NCBI GenBank assembly: GCA_963665295.1
Contig: OY762209.1
Coordinates: 2,496,001 to 2,560,000 of the forward strand
Direction of reading: 5' to 3'
DNA length: 64,000 nucleotides
Source: Syntrophorhabdaceae bacterium
GTDB taxonomy: Bacteria > Desulfobacterota > Syntrophorhabdia > Syntrophorhabdales > Syntrophorhabdaceae
Shown in pieces: positions 55,798 to 64,000 of this stretch. The notes under the pieces are model-generated. The model was not told the origin of the DNA. It searched no databases and saw nothing but the letters and a program-made list of their open reading frames with translations. Numbering within the stretch: position 1 is the stretch's first letter; every line of letters starts with the position of its first letter. A program made the position numbers and the translations under genes.

Positions 55798-58374
55798 CTT
55801 CTTGCCTGGACCACATACCTTGGGGCCGACGGGTCCGACCAGGCGTACGCCATAGCCCTCGATTCGGGAGGAAACGTCTACGTGGCAGGATTCAGCGACA
55901 CCGCGTGGGGCTCGCCGGTACAAGCCTATACGTCAGGCAACGACGCCTTCGTCGCGAAGCTTACCACCGACGGCAGTCTGCTGTGGAACACCTTCCTCGG
56001 GGGCAGCGGATCCGATTACGGGTACGCCGTAGCCCTCGATCCGGGAGGGAACGTCTATGTGGCAGGGTACAGTAATGCGACCTGGGGCTCGCCGGTACAA
56101 GCCTATACCTCGGGCAACGACGCCTTCGTCGCGAAGCTTACCACCGACGGCAGTCTGCTGTGGAACACCTTCCTCGGGAGCAGGGGCACCGAAGTGGGGT
56201 ATGACATAGCCGTCGATTCGGGAGGGAACGTCTATGTGGCAGGAGTGAGCAATGCGACCTGGGGCTCGCCTATCCGGGCCTATACCTCAGGCAACGACGC
56301 CTTCGTCGCGAAGCTTACCACCGACGGCAGTCTGGTGTGGAACACTTTCTTCGGGGGCAGCGGATCCGATTACGGGTACGCCGTAGCCCTCGATCCGGGA
56401 GCGAACGTCTATGTGGCAGGGTACAGCAATGCCACCTGGGGCTCGCCTATCCGGGCCTATACCTCAGGCAACGACGCCTTCGTCGCGAAGCTTACCACCG
56501 ACGGCAGTCTGCTGTGGAACACCTTCCTCGGGGGCAGGGGCACTGAAGTGGGGTATGACATAGCCGTCGATTCGGGAGGGAACGCCTATGTGGCAGGAGT
56601 GAGCAGTGCCACCTGGGGCTCGCCTATCCGGGCCTATACCTCGGGCAACGACGCCTTCGTCGCGAAGCTTACCACCGACGGCAGTCTGGTGTGGAACACT
56701 TTCTTCGGGGGCAGCGGATTCGATTACGGGTACGCCGTAGCCCTCGATTCGGGAGGGAACGTCTATGTGGCAGGGTACAGCAATGCGACCTGGGGCTCGC
56801 CGGTAAGAGCCTTTAGTGGGGGTATTGACAGCTATGTCACCAGGCTTACCACCGACGGCAGCTTCCTGTGGAACACCTTCCTCGGGGGGAGCGGCGGCGC
56901 TTACGCTCAGGCCATTGCCCTGGATTCGAGCGGAGACGTCTACGTGACAGGCTTGAGCGACCTCATCTGGGGCCAGCCGTACAACGACGCTTTTGTCGCC
57001 AAGACCTTTGCCTCGGACGCTTATGCTCTTTCGGTGTCAAGGGCCGGCGCCGGGACCGGCACGGTCACAAGCAGCCCCTCGGGCATCGACTGCGGCTCTG
57101 CCTGTTCGACGGCGTTTGTTGTGGGTAAATCCGTCACTCTCACCGCTGCTCCTTCGACCGGCAGCATCTTCACGGGCTGGGGCGGCGCCTGCAGCGGGAC
57201 CGGCGCGTGCACAGTCACCATAACCGCGGACGCCACCGTGACAGCCACGTTTGCCCCGGAGACCCTTACCGTCGCCGCCTCGGTCTCCAGCGGGCACGGA
57301 AGCATATCTCCCGACATTCAGACGGTGAGCTACGGCAATTCCGCCACGATCACCATGAAGCCGGATACAGGCTATCATATCGCCTCATTCACAGACAACG
57401 GAACCTCGATAACGGGTGTAAGCGTCAAAACAAGTTCGCCCGTGGGCAAGAAGACCTCCGGGTCAAGGACAAAATCCGCCGCAAAGACAACCGCTTCCGG
57501 CAAGACCTCCATTTCCAATCCCTATACGATACGTAAAGTGACTGTCGACCATACGGTCGTGGCGACCTATGAGATCGATACCGAGGGCCTGACCGCGACC
57601 ATGGACGGCACAGGGACCGGCACCCTTTGCGCAGAAGGTCTCACCTGCTCGGGCACCAAGTGCAGCGGAACCTACCCCTACGACACCTCGGTCACCATAA
57701 CAGCCGCGCCGGATGCGGGCACATTGTTTGAAGGCTTTACCGGCTGTGATTCCACATCCGGAAGCACCTGCATGGTGAAGATGACAGCAGGAAAAAGCAT
57801 CACCGCCACGTTCACCGCCATCTGCACATATACAATTACTCCCACGGAGAAGTCCTTTGCGTCCAAAGGGGGGAGCACGAGCGTGACAGTCCGGGCCACA
57901 GGGGCGAAGAGCTGCGTGGACCCCGGCGTCTCTGCGGGCGAAGATAGCTGGATCACCGCAACGTTAAGCTCGTTTAAGAACAATAAGGGTACGGTGAAAC
58001 TTGCCGTACAGGCCAACGATGCCATTACGGACAGGATCGGCACCGTCACCATCGGCCGCAACATCTTCACGATCATCCAGACGGGGGTAGCCTGCTCCAT
58101 AGGTATTTCCCCGTCGAAGGCAACCCTCGTTTCATCGGGAGGCACGGGCTCGTTCACTGTGACCGCACCGACGGGTTGCCCGTGGACGGTTGAGGGGGAC
58201 CCCAGCGCGACGGCATGGCTCAGCGCCTTGACTATTTCGGGAAGCGGGGCCGGCCCGGTCTCTTACAAGGTATCGGAGAACGGCACCGGCAGGCAGAGGA
58301 GCGGGAAGATCACCGTCTATCTTACCAATGCTCCCGGAAATATGAAGGCGTTTACAGTAACGGAAAAGAAATAG
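55171..58374 (+). CDS. Secreted SBBP/InlB-B/BACON protein (copy 5)
   Basis: Same architecture. Confidence 0.9.
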   Translation: MGKGSTRSISYHGRCFISPCLFTACLLVAMLFASAHAKTADGKDLLQFTSKGHILGFSPGSMYMASGSHMLKVEFLGGKSVSPVSKEGPSSDGKAPPLSKVTYPNIWDGVDIVYEGAKGSIVKSTYTVAAGKAPGSIRLRYNRPLTLDEKGNLVVRYETGTITESKPIAWQVIEGKKKPVMVAYNLQSDKEVGFTVKDYDKSVPLVIDPLLAWTTYLGADGSDQAYAIALDSGGNVYVAGFSDTAWGSPVQAYTSGNDAFVAKLTTDGSLLWNTFLGGSGSDYGYAVALDPGGNVYVAGYSNATWGSPVQAYTSGNDAFVAKLTTDGSLLWNTFLGSRGTEVGYDIAVDSGGNVYVAGVSNATWGSPIRAYTSGNDAFVAKLTTDGSLVWNTFFGGSGSDYGYAVALDPGANVYVAGYSNATWGSPIRAYTSGNDAFVAKLTTDGSLLWNTFLGGRGTEVGYDIAVDSGGNAYVAGVSSATWGSPIRAYTSGNDAFVAKLTTDGSLVWNTFFGGSGFDYGYAVALDSGGNVYVAGYSNATWGSPVRAFSGGIDSYVTRLTTDGSFLWNTFLGGSGGAYAQAIALDSSGDVYVTGLSDLIWGQPYNDAFVAKTFASDAYALSVSRAGAGTGTVTSSPSGIDCGSACSTAFVVGKSVTLTAAPSTGSIFTGWGGACSGTGACTVTITADATVTATFAPETLTVAASVSSGHGSISPDIQTVSYGNSATITMKPDTGYHIASFTDNGTSITGVSVKTSSPVGKKTSGSRTKSAAKTTASGKTSISNPYTIRKVTVDHTVVATYEIDTEGLTATMDGTGTGTLCAEGLTCSGTKCSGTYPYDTSVTITAAPDAGTLFEGFTGCDSTSGSTCMVKMTAGKSITATFTAICTYTITPTEKSFASKGGSTSVTVRATGAKSCVDPGVSAGEDSWITATLSSFKNNKGTVKLAVQANDAITDRIGTVTIGRNIFTIIQTGVACSIGISPSKATLVSSGGTGSFTVTAPTGCPWTVEGDPSATAWLSALTISGSGAGPVSYKVSENGTGRQRSGKITVYLTNAPGNMKAFTVTEKK

Positions 58375-58402
58375 GAACCCGGTCCAGGCGAAGGAGGTTT
58401 TT

Positions 58403-61400
58403 GTGCGATATCATGTCAGCATTGCAGCATTCGTTTTCTCTATTCTCACGCTGGTCTTTTTTTCTCATACGGCCGTCGCGGGCGTGAAGATCGACGCCGG
58501 TCTCCAGCAGGCCATCGAAAAGGATGAGACAACGGGCTACATTATGTATTTCAAGGCCAGGCCCAGCCTTACAAAGGCAAGCTCCATGGAATGGAAAGCC
58601 CGTGGTGAATTCGTAGCCAATAGTCTCAAAGATGCGGCAACTATATCCCAAGCCGGAGTGAAAACGTACCTTGAGGGTCGTGACGTCAGGCACAGGAGCT
58701 TTTGGATAGGCAATATGATTGTGGTGGAAGCATCCGACCTGGCCACCTTCAGCGGTCTCAAGGCGTTCCCGGAGATCGACCGGATCGGCAAGATACCGGA
58801 CATCATTCTCTATGAACCCGTGGAGATAAGCACGGACCCTACCGTATCCGAGGGGGTCGAGGTTAACCTCTCCCATATCAAGGCCGATCAGGTGTGGGAA
58901 ACGCTCGGGGTCACGGGGAGCGGGATAGTGGTGGCGAATATCGATACCGGCGTGCGTTACACCCACGACGCCTTGGTAAGCGGATACCGGGGCAGCTCCT
59001 CGGGGACATATGATCACAACTATAACTGGTGGGACCCGTATGGCGAGTACACCGAGCCCACTGACCCCAACGGACACGGCACCCACACCATGGGGATCAT
59101 GGTGGGGAACGACGGCTCGAACCGGATAGGCGTGGCTCCGGGGGCCCAATGGGTCGCCTGCCGGGGATGCAGCACCAATGCCTGTACCACTACCGCCCTT
59201 CTCGAATGCGCCCAATGGGTAATTGCGCCGTGGGACTTGAGCAAGTCTGTCACAGATACCTCCAAGAGGCCCCACGTGGTGAACAATTCCTGGGGTAATT
59301 GTGGCCGGACGTACGATCCGTGGTTTCAGGATGCGGTCGATGCCTGGCTTGCGGCGGGTATCTATCCCGTCTTCTCGAACGGCAATGCCCCGAACTGCGG
59401 CTATGATACTCCTCCAGGCTGCTATACGGTCGGCAATCCGGCCCGGTACGGTAACGTGACCGGCGTGGGTGCTACCGGGAAGAATAACGGGCAGTATGAG
59501 AGCTACTCGAACTGGGGTCCCACGGACAGAGCCGACGGGGTGAATCCCGACGGCTATCAATACGTGAAGCCCCAAGTGTTGGCCCCGGGGACGGGCATCC
59601 GCTCATCCTACTATAGCGGCGATTCTGCATATGCGACGATGAGTGGAACCTCCATGGCCGCTCCCCACGTGGCGGGCCTCGTCGCCCTTATGTACAGCGC
59701 CTGTTCGGATTTCACACGCGTCTACGCGGATGTGGAGACGATCATGGAGAGGACCGCCGTCTCCATACCGTACGCCTCGGGCTGCGGGGGGGAAGGGACG
59801 GATAATGTGCCGAACAATGCAACGGGCTGGGGCGAGATCGACGCTTTCGCCGCAGTCCGGGAGGTACTGTCCCGATGCGGGGATAGCGGCTCGGTCACGG
59901 GGAACATACTTTCCGCCAAGACCAAAAAGGCCATTGAAGGCGCGACCCTGACAGTGGGCGGCCGGACGGTGGCTACGGACGGCAACGGCACATACACGGC
60001 AACCTTTGTCGTTCTCGGACAACAGACCGCCGTAGCCACTGCCGATGGGTATTACGATCAGATCAACATGGTCACCGTCACCAAGGGGGGGATTTCTACC
60101 GCCAATTTCAGTCTCAGGCCGAAATCACTTGTGAGTCTCACCGGCAAAGTGACGGACGGCTCGAGTGGTGGTTGGCCGCTCTATGCGAAGCTTAACGCTT
60201 CCGACGGCAAGGCGACGGTAAGCGCCGTCACCAATCCCCTTACAGGCGTATACACTATGAAGCTTTATAGAGATACCGACTATACCATTCGCATCTCCTC
60301 CACCGGGTACGCCACCGCTGAAGCAGTCGTGACGACTACGGGAAAGTTCAGCCCCAGGAATTTTACCCTCACTGTCGGCTCTGATTGCTCCGCTCCTGGT
60401 TATGCGCGGTCCGGGGATTCATGCAACGCGCTGAGCGGCGGCCTCGTCACCGGACTTGTGAGGGACGCAAACACGAAGGGCGTCCTGAGCGACTTCGTGG
60501 TTAACTCGTCTGTCGCCTCTGCAACTACCGAGTCGAACGGAAGGTATGTGCTCTTCGCGTCCCCAGGCAGCAATGTGATTACCGCCAATCCGCCCGGTCT
60601 GCTGAATTACGGCCCTGCTTCCAGGCGAGTGACTGTCAAGGCAGCCAGGACAGTCGGTTTGGACCTCAGCGTGCCCGCCGCCCTGTTTGAGGGGCCGAAA
60701 GGCCTGAGCATCACTATGGCTCCGGGCTCAACCAGGAAAATGACGCTTAAGCTCAAGAACGCGGGGGATTTCGGGGCATCCTTCGTGATTTTTGATTACC
60801 CGGTGACGACATCTACGAGCGCCCTGGCGCAGACAAAGGTATCGCTGCCGCCCTCGGATTACAAAGCTGCGGCTGATGCCGAACCCACTTCCGCGGGACC
60901 TGCGCCCAGGCCGCAGAGAACGTCGACGTCCAGGTCTGCTTCGGCAGCCGTCTCTACTCTCACCGGCTACCCGGCGTACGCCATCGACCTGCTGCACGGA
61001 AGCGCATTCGGCAGGTTCAGCTCCGATTCACCGGGGACCTGGACAATAATAGGCTCTCTCCCAGGCGATGATTACTATGGCGGTGATTTTGTCAAAAATG
61101 ACTTTTCGAAGCTCTACGTTATCAAGAACGGCGATAGCACGCTTTATACCATCGATACGACAACCGGCGCGGCTACCGCCATCGGGAAGGCCACTGCATA
61201 CAATTCCGAAATGTGGACGGGCATGACCACGTCGGTAGACGGTACACTCTATGCATCGTCGACGGATATATCACGGTCGACGCTCTACACCATAAACCCC
61301 GCCACAGGCGCCGCCACCATAATCGGTCAGATAACGAACGGGCCCGGCATCATCGATATCGCCATCGATAGAGAAGACAATATGTACGGATTGGAACTCG

Positions 61401-61852
61401 TGGGAGATGCCCTGGTAAAAATAGACCCAGCAACGGGAGCAGGAACGCCGATAGGGTCCATAGGGTATAACGCGAACTATGCCCAGGGCATGTCCTTCGA
61501 GAAGCAGTCGGGAGTGCTCTATCTCGCAGCGTACAATGTGGATAACGAGTGGAACTCCCGGGCGCAACTCCGCGTTGCGGACACTTCCACGGGCAACACC
61601 GAGGTGATAGGCGCACTTCCGGCCGGTGCCGACGTTGACTGCCTCTCCTTCGCCACAGCGATGGAAGCATCATGGCTGAAAGAGTCTCCCACGAAGGCGA
61701 CCCTCGGGCCGAAGAAGACCATATCCATCGACGTGACCTTCGACGCCACAAACCTCAGCCCAGGGACCTATGGCGCGAGACTCCTGGTTGCCCGCGGGAC
61801 GCCATATGGTAGCCTCGTTATCCCCGTAACCATGAAGGTAACCGCCAAGTAG
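58403..61852 (+). CDS. Secreted S8 subtilisin-family protease with carboxypeptidase-regulatory-like and propeller domains
   Basis: IDTG, HGTHTMG, GTSMAAPHVAG triad; signal peptide; true start probably ATG 58413. Confidence 0.95.
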   Translation: MRYHVSIAAFVFSILTLVFFSHTAVAGVKIDAGLQQAIEKDETTGYIMYFKARPSLTKASSMEWKARGEFVANSLKDAATISQAGVKTYLEGRDVRHRSFWIGNMIVVEASDLATFSGLKAFPEIDRIGKIPDIILYEPVEISTDPTVSEGVEVNLSHIKADQVWETLGVTGSGIVVANIDTGVRYTHDALVSGYRGSSSGTYDHNYNWWDPYGEYTEPTDPNGHGTHTMGIMVGNDGSNRIGVAPGAQWVACRGCSTNACTTTALLECAQWVIAPWDLSKSVTDTSKRPHVVNNSWGNCGRTYDPWFQDAVDAWLAAGIYPVFSNGNAPNCGYDTPPGCYTVGNPARYGNVTGVGATGKNNGQYESYSNWGPTDRADGVNPDGYQYVKPQVLAPGTGIRSSYYSGDSAYATMSGTSMAAPHVAGLVALMYSACSDFTRVYADVETIMERTAVSIPYASGCGGEGTDNVPNNATGWGEIDAFAAVREVLSRCGDSGSVTGNILSAKTKKAIEGATLTVGGRTVATDGNGTYTATFVVLGQQTAVATADGYYDQINMVTVTKGGISTANFSLRPKSLVSLTGKVTDGSSGGWPLYAKLNASDGKATVSAVTNPLTGVYTMKLYRDTDYTIRISSTGYATAEAVVTTTGKFSPRNFTLTVGSDCSAPGYARSGDSCNALSGGLVTGLVRDANTKGVLSDFVVNSSVASATTESNGRYVLFASPGSNVITANPPGLLNYGPASRRVTVKAARTVGLDLSVPAALFEGPKGLSITMAPGSTRKMTLKLKNAGDFGASFVIFDYPVTTSTSALAQTKVSLPPSDYKAAADAEPTSAGPAPRPQRTSTSRSASAAVSTLTGYPAYAIDLLHGSAFGRFSSDSPGTWTIIGSLPGDDYYGGDFVKNDFSKLYVIKNGDSTLYTIDTTTGAATAIGKATAYNSEMWTGMTTSVDGTLYASSTDISRSTLYTINPATGAATIIGQITNGPGIIDIAIDREDNMYGLELVGDALVKIDPATGAGTPIGSIGYNANYAQGMSFEKQSGVLYLAAYNVDNEWNSRAQLRVADTSTGNTEVIGALPAGADVDCLSFATAMEASWLKESPTKATLGPKKTISIDVTFDATNLSPGTYGARLLVARGTPYGSLVIPVTMKVTAK

Positions 61853-61871
61853 AGGGGAACATTGTTTGGAT

Positions 61872-62264
61872 TTAGCCCATCTTCCGTTGTTACAAATAGT
61901 GGTGTTTGCAATTACAGGTAGTCACGACAAAGGAAGGGCGTTTTTCTGCACTGCATTTTCTATTATCTTCGGTCTGTTAGGGAGAGATATCTTCATCCTT
62001 TGAAGCAATACCTTCAGCGGTGCTGGAGTTGAGGTGACTGCCCGCAGCCGGATGGTTTTATCCTTTGCGGGCAGGAGCACATCAAGGGATTTCAGCTCTC
62101 GCATTTCCTCCAACAATACTCAGCATGAGGCTGCAAGGGGGTTTTCCGCACTTCATTCGGTTTTCAGAGACTTGGGGTTGATATCGTTAAGGTTCTCCGG
62201 AAGGTTCTCCGGTGAATTACCCTCTGTTTTTATGCAAAACAAGGGGTGGCGGAAGATGGGTTAA
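61872..62264. mobile_element. Internally deleted IS (MITE-like) with transposase C-terminal remnant, possibly IS1634-like
   Basis: TIRs TTAGCCCATCTTCCG and CGGAAGATGGGTTAA (14/15 match); enclosed ORF 61922-62116 LDVLLP...IRLR...LLQRMKISLP. Confidence 0.65.
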
Positions 62265-62495
62265 CGCTGGGTCAAATCGGCACACGAGTTTGTCAGAGCG
62301 ATCACGGTTACCGGTTTTCCTTCGTACGAATTTGACGACACCACACTCTGCCCTTAACTCTATACTCTCAGGCACACTCATAAACTGTGTCCGCAGGACA
62401 GCTCTTTTGTGAGGCAAGCCCGAGCGGACAGCGCGAGGGTCTGTAGCCGCGGACTACCTGTGGGCCGTTTCCATGACCGCCTTGGCCTTCCCCTC

Positions 62496-64000
62496 TCAGA
62501 AGCTGTACCGGACTCCGGCAAAGAAGGTCCTTCCCGCCTGAGGGTACCCGTTCTGATACTGGTAGCTTCGGTTAAAGAGGTTGTTCACCCCGCCTTCGAG
62601 GATAAAGTTCTTCATTGCCTCATACATGACTTTTCCATTCGCGACGGCTGCGGGGCCCGATTCGTTGACCCCGTCGCTCGTGGTGGTCCGGCTGGAGGTA
62701 TATTCAAAGGTCCCGAGGACACTCAAGCCCGTGAGCGGTGTCCGGTATTTCATGTTCGCGAAGACCTTATGGGCCGGCACATCCGTGAGCCTGACATAGG
62801 CGCCTGAAGACCTGTCGTTGCACCTGTTGAGATAGGTGTAGTTGAGTCCGCCGTCCACGTTGTCCGTGATGGCGAAGTCCCCCTGCAACTCCAGGCCGTA
62901 CTGCTGCACGCGACCCACGTTCTGGTTCTGGTTTACGTACTTGTTCCACCCCGCCTGACCATAGTAGGGGTTGAGCACGGTCACCTGTTGAATGGCGTCG
63001 CTGATGTCGTTCCGGAATAGGGCGCTCTTGAGGCGCACTTTCTTTTTAAGGAAGAAGTCTTCGTAGCCTATCTCGTAGTTGACGGCCTGCTCCGCCCTCA
63101 AAGAGGGGTTGTCGATGGTCTTCCCCATGCTCCAGGAATACCTCTCCTTCATGGTGGGAAACCGCGTCTTCTCTTCCGCCGTCACGTGGACGATGCCTGT
63201 GTCCGTGATCCTGTAGAAGAGGCCGAGTTGCGGGTTTACCTTGCTTGTGGTATCGGTGGGGAAGTAACGCCAGCCCACCCACCCCGTGCCCAGGACGGGG
63301 TCGGTCGTCGCTTTCACCCACTTCTTGGCCCTGAGGCCTTCCATCCTGTCGTAGCTCAGCCCTGCGATGGCGTAGAGCTTCTTCGTGAAATCGACCGTAT
63401 CCTGGAGTCCCGCCGAAAGGGTCAGGTCGTCGTCGGGCGTCCACGGCGGAGAGATGTAGGCGTTGCCGCCCACATGGCTTGTATTCATGACCGACGTCGT
63501 CTCTTTGTGACTGTCCCGTTTATAGTGAAAGGACATTCTGATGTCGTTGCAAGGGACCAGTCTTGTTCCCGCTTCAACGGAGCCGCCGATGGTGTAGTCG
63601 TCGTAATAACTTCTCTGACCCCAGGAGTTGTTGTACTGGGCCCACGCGTTGTTGTTGGGCATGAAATAGTCTAGCCAATTTTCGAACCTGTCGTAGTAGA
63701 ACCTTGTTTTCATGTAGCTTTTGTCCCTGATGGGGGTGAGGGATGTGAAATAGTAGCTGTCTTTGTCCCATCGCGGCCATAGCCACCGGTTCGTATTGCT
63801 GTAAGGGTCGGTGGAGAGCCTCGCATCGGGGGGTCCGCCCTTCGAGGCTTCCTGTTTTATCCAGCCGAAGACGTACTCATGGCCCTCCCAAGGGGTGAGG
63901 CCGACCTTGAGGTTTACCCGTGCGTCCTGAGAATCGGAGTGGGTCCGCCCGTTGCCTGATTGGTTCCTTGTGGAGGTGAAGCCGTCCGCCACGGGATAAT
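62496..64000 (-). CDS. TonB-dependent receptor (5' part outside window)
   Basis: Beta-barrel pattern, NPSLRAE, GVNNLFNRSY...GRTFFAGVRYSF with terminal Phe. Confidence 0.93.
   Translation of the reverse strand, partial: YPVADGFTSTRNQSGNGRTHSDSQDARVNLKVGLTPWEGHEYVFGWIKQEASKGGPPDARLSTDPYSNTNRWLWPRWDKDSYYFTSLTPIRDKSYMKTRFYYDRFENWLDYFMPNNNAWAQYNNSWGQRSYYDDYTIGGSVEAGTRLVPCNDIRMSFHYKRDSHKETTSVMNTSHVGGNAYISPPWTPDDDLTLSAGLQDTVDFTKKLYAIAGLSYDRMEGLRAKKWVKATTDPVLGTGWVGWRYFPTDTTSKVNPQLGLFYRITDTGIVHVTAEEKTRFPTMKERYSWSMGKTIDNPSLRAEQAVNYEIGYEDFFLKKKVRLKSALFRNDISDAIQQVTVLNPYYGQAGWNKYVNQNQNVGRVQQYGLELQGDFAITDNVDGGLNYTYLNRCNDRSSGAYVRLTDVPAHKVFANMKYRTPLTGLSVLGTFEYTSSRTTTSDGVNESGPAAVANGKVMYEAMKNFILEGGVNNLFNRSYQYQNGYPQAGRTFFAGVRYSF

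Noticed and set aside
41888..58374. Diversity-generating retroelement
   Set aside because: No reverse transcriptase in the window, and repeat differences are not evidently adenine-specific

Overview
The window has two parts. Bases 1-40,932 are the right-hand part of a temperate prophage whose left end lies outside the window. It ends at a tyrosine integrase next to the 3' half of a tRNA-Arg(CCG), the att site. On the minus strand it carries head and packaging genes (capsid, cement, protease/scaffold, a portal-MuF fusion, TerL, TerS) and an 8-kb accessory block with its own promoters (two ParB proteins, a sliding-clamp homologue, PC4-like, DUF488-like and DUF6573-like genes). It also has a ParB-like plus methyltransferase/GNAT-like gene pair, a Mor-family activator, two extra tyrosine recombinases, a primase-helicase with a free-standing paralogue of its ATPase region, a C5 methyltransferase and a CII-like gene. 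The repressor-nuclease-integrase operon is on the plus strand. Bases ~41,100-64,000 look host-side: five tandem secreted SBBP beta-propeller/InlB-B/BACON genes plus an S8 protease. They are bracketed by a ~340-bp duplication of the 3' end of a TonB-dependent receptor gene and accompanied by a small IS-derived element. The most striking unannotated signal is the 5' leader of the accessory operon (15,839-16,215, minus strand). It is a long structured RNA containing a tRNA-like T-arm/acceptor minihelix ending in ACCA, followed 18 nt later by a type III hammerhead ribozyme fold with a compensatory U3-A8 core, directly before the first RBS. Also notable are twin late-promoter dyads, a shared palindromic operator, a dif-like site with iterons, and constant/variable cassette architecture in the SBBP array. 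All family calls are from motif recognition by eye; no searches were run.
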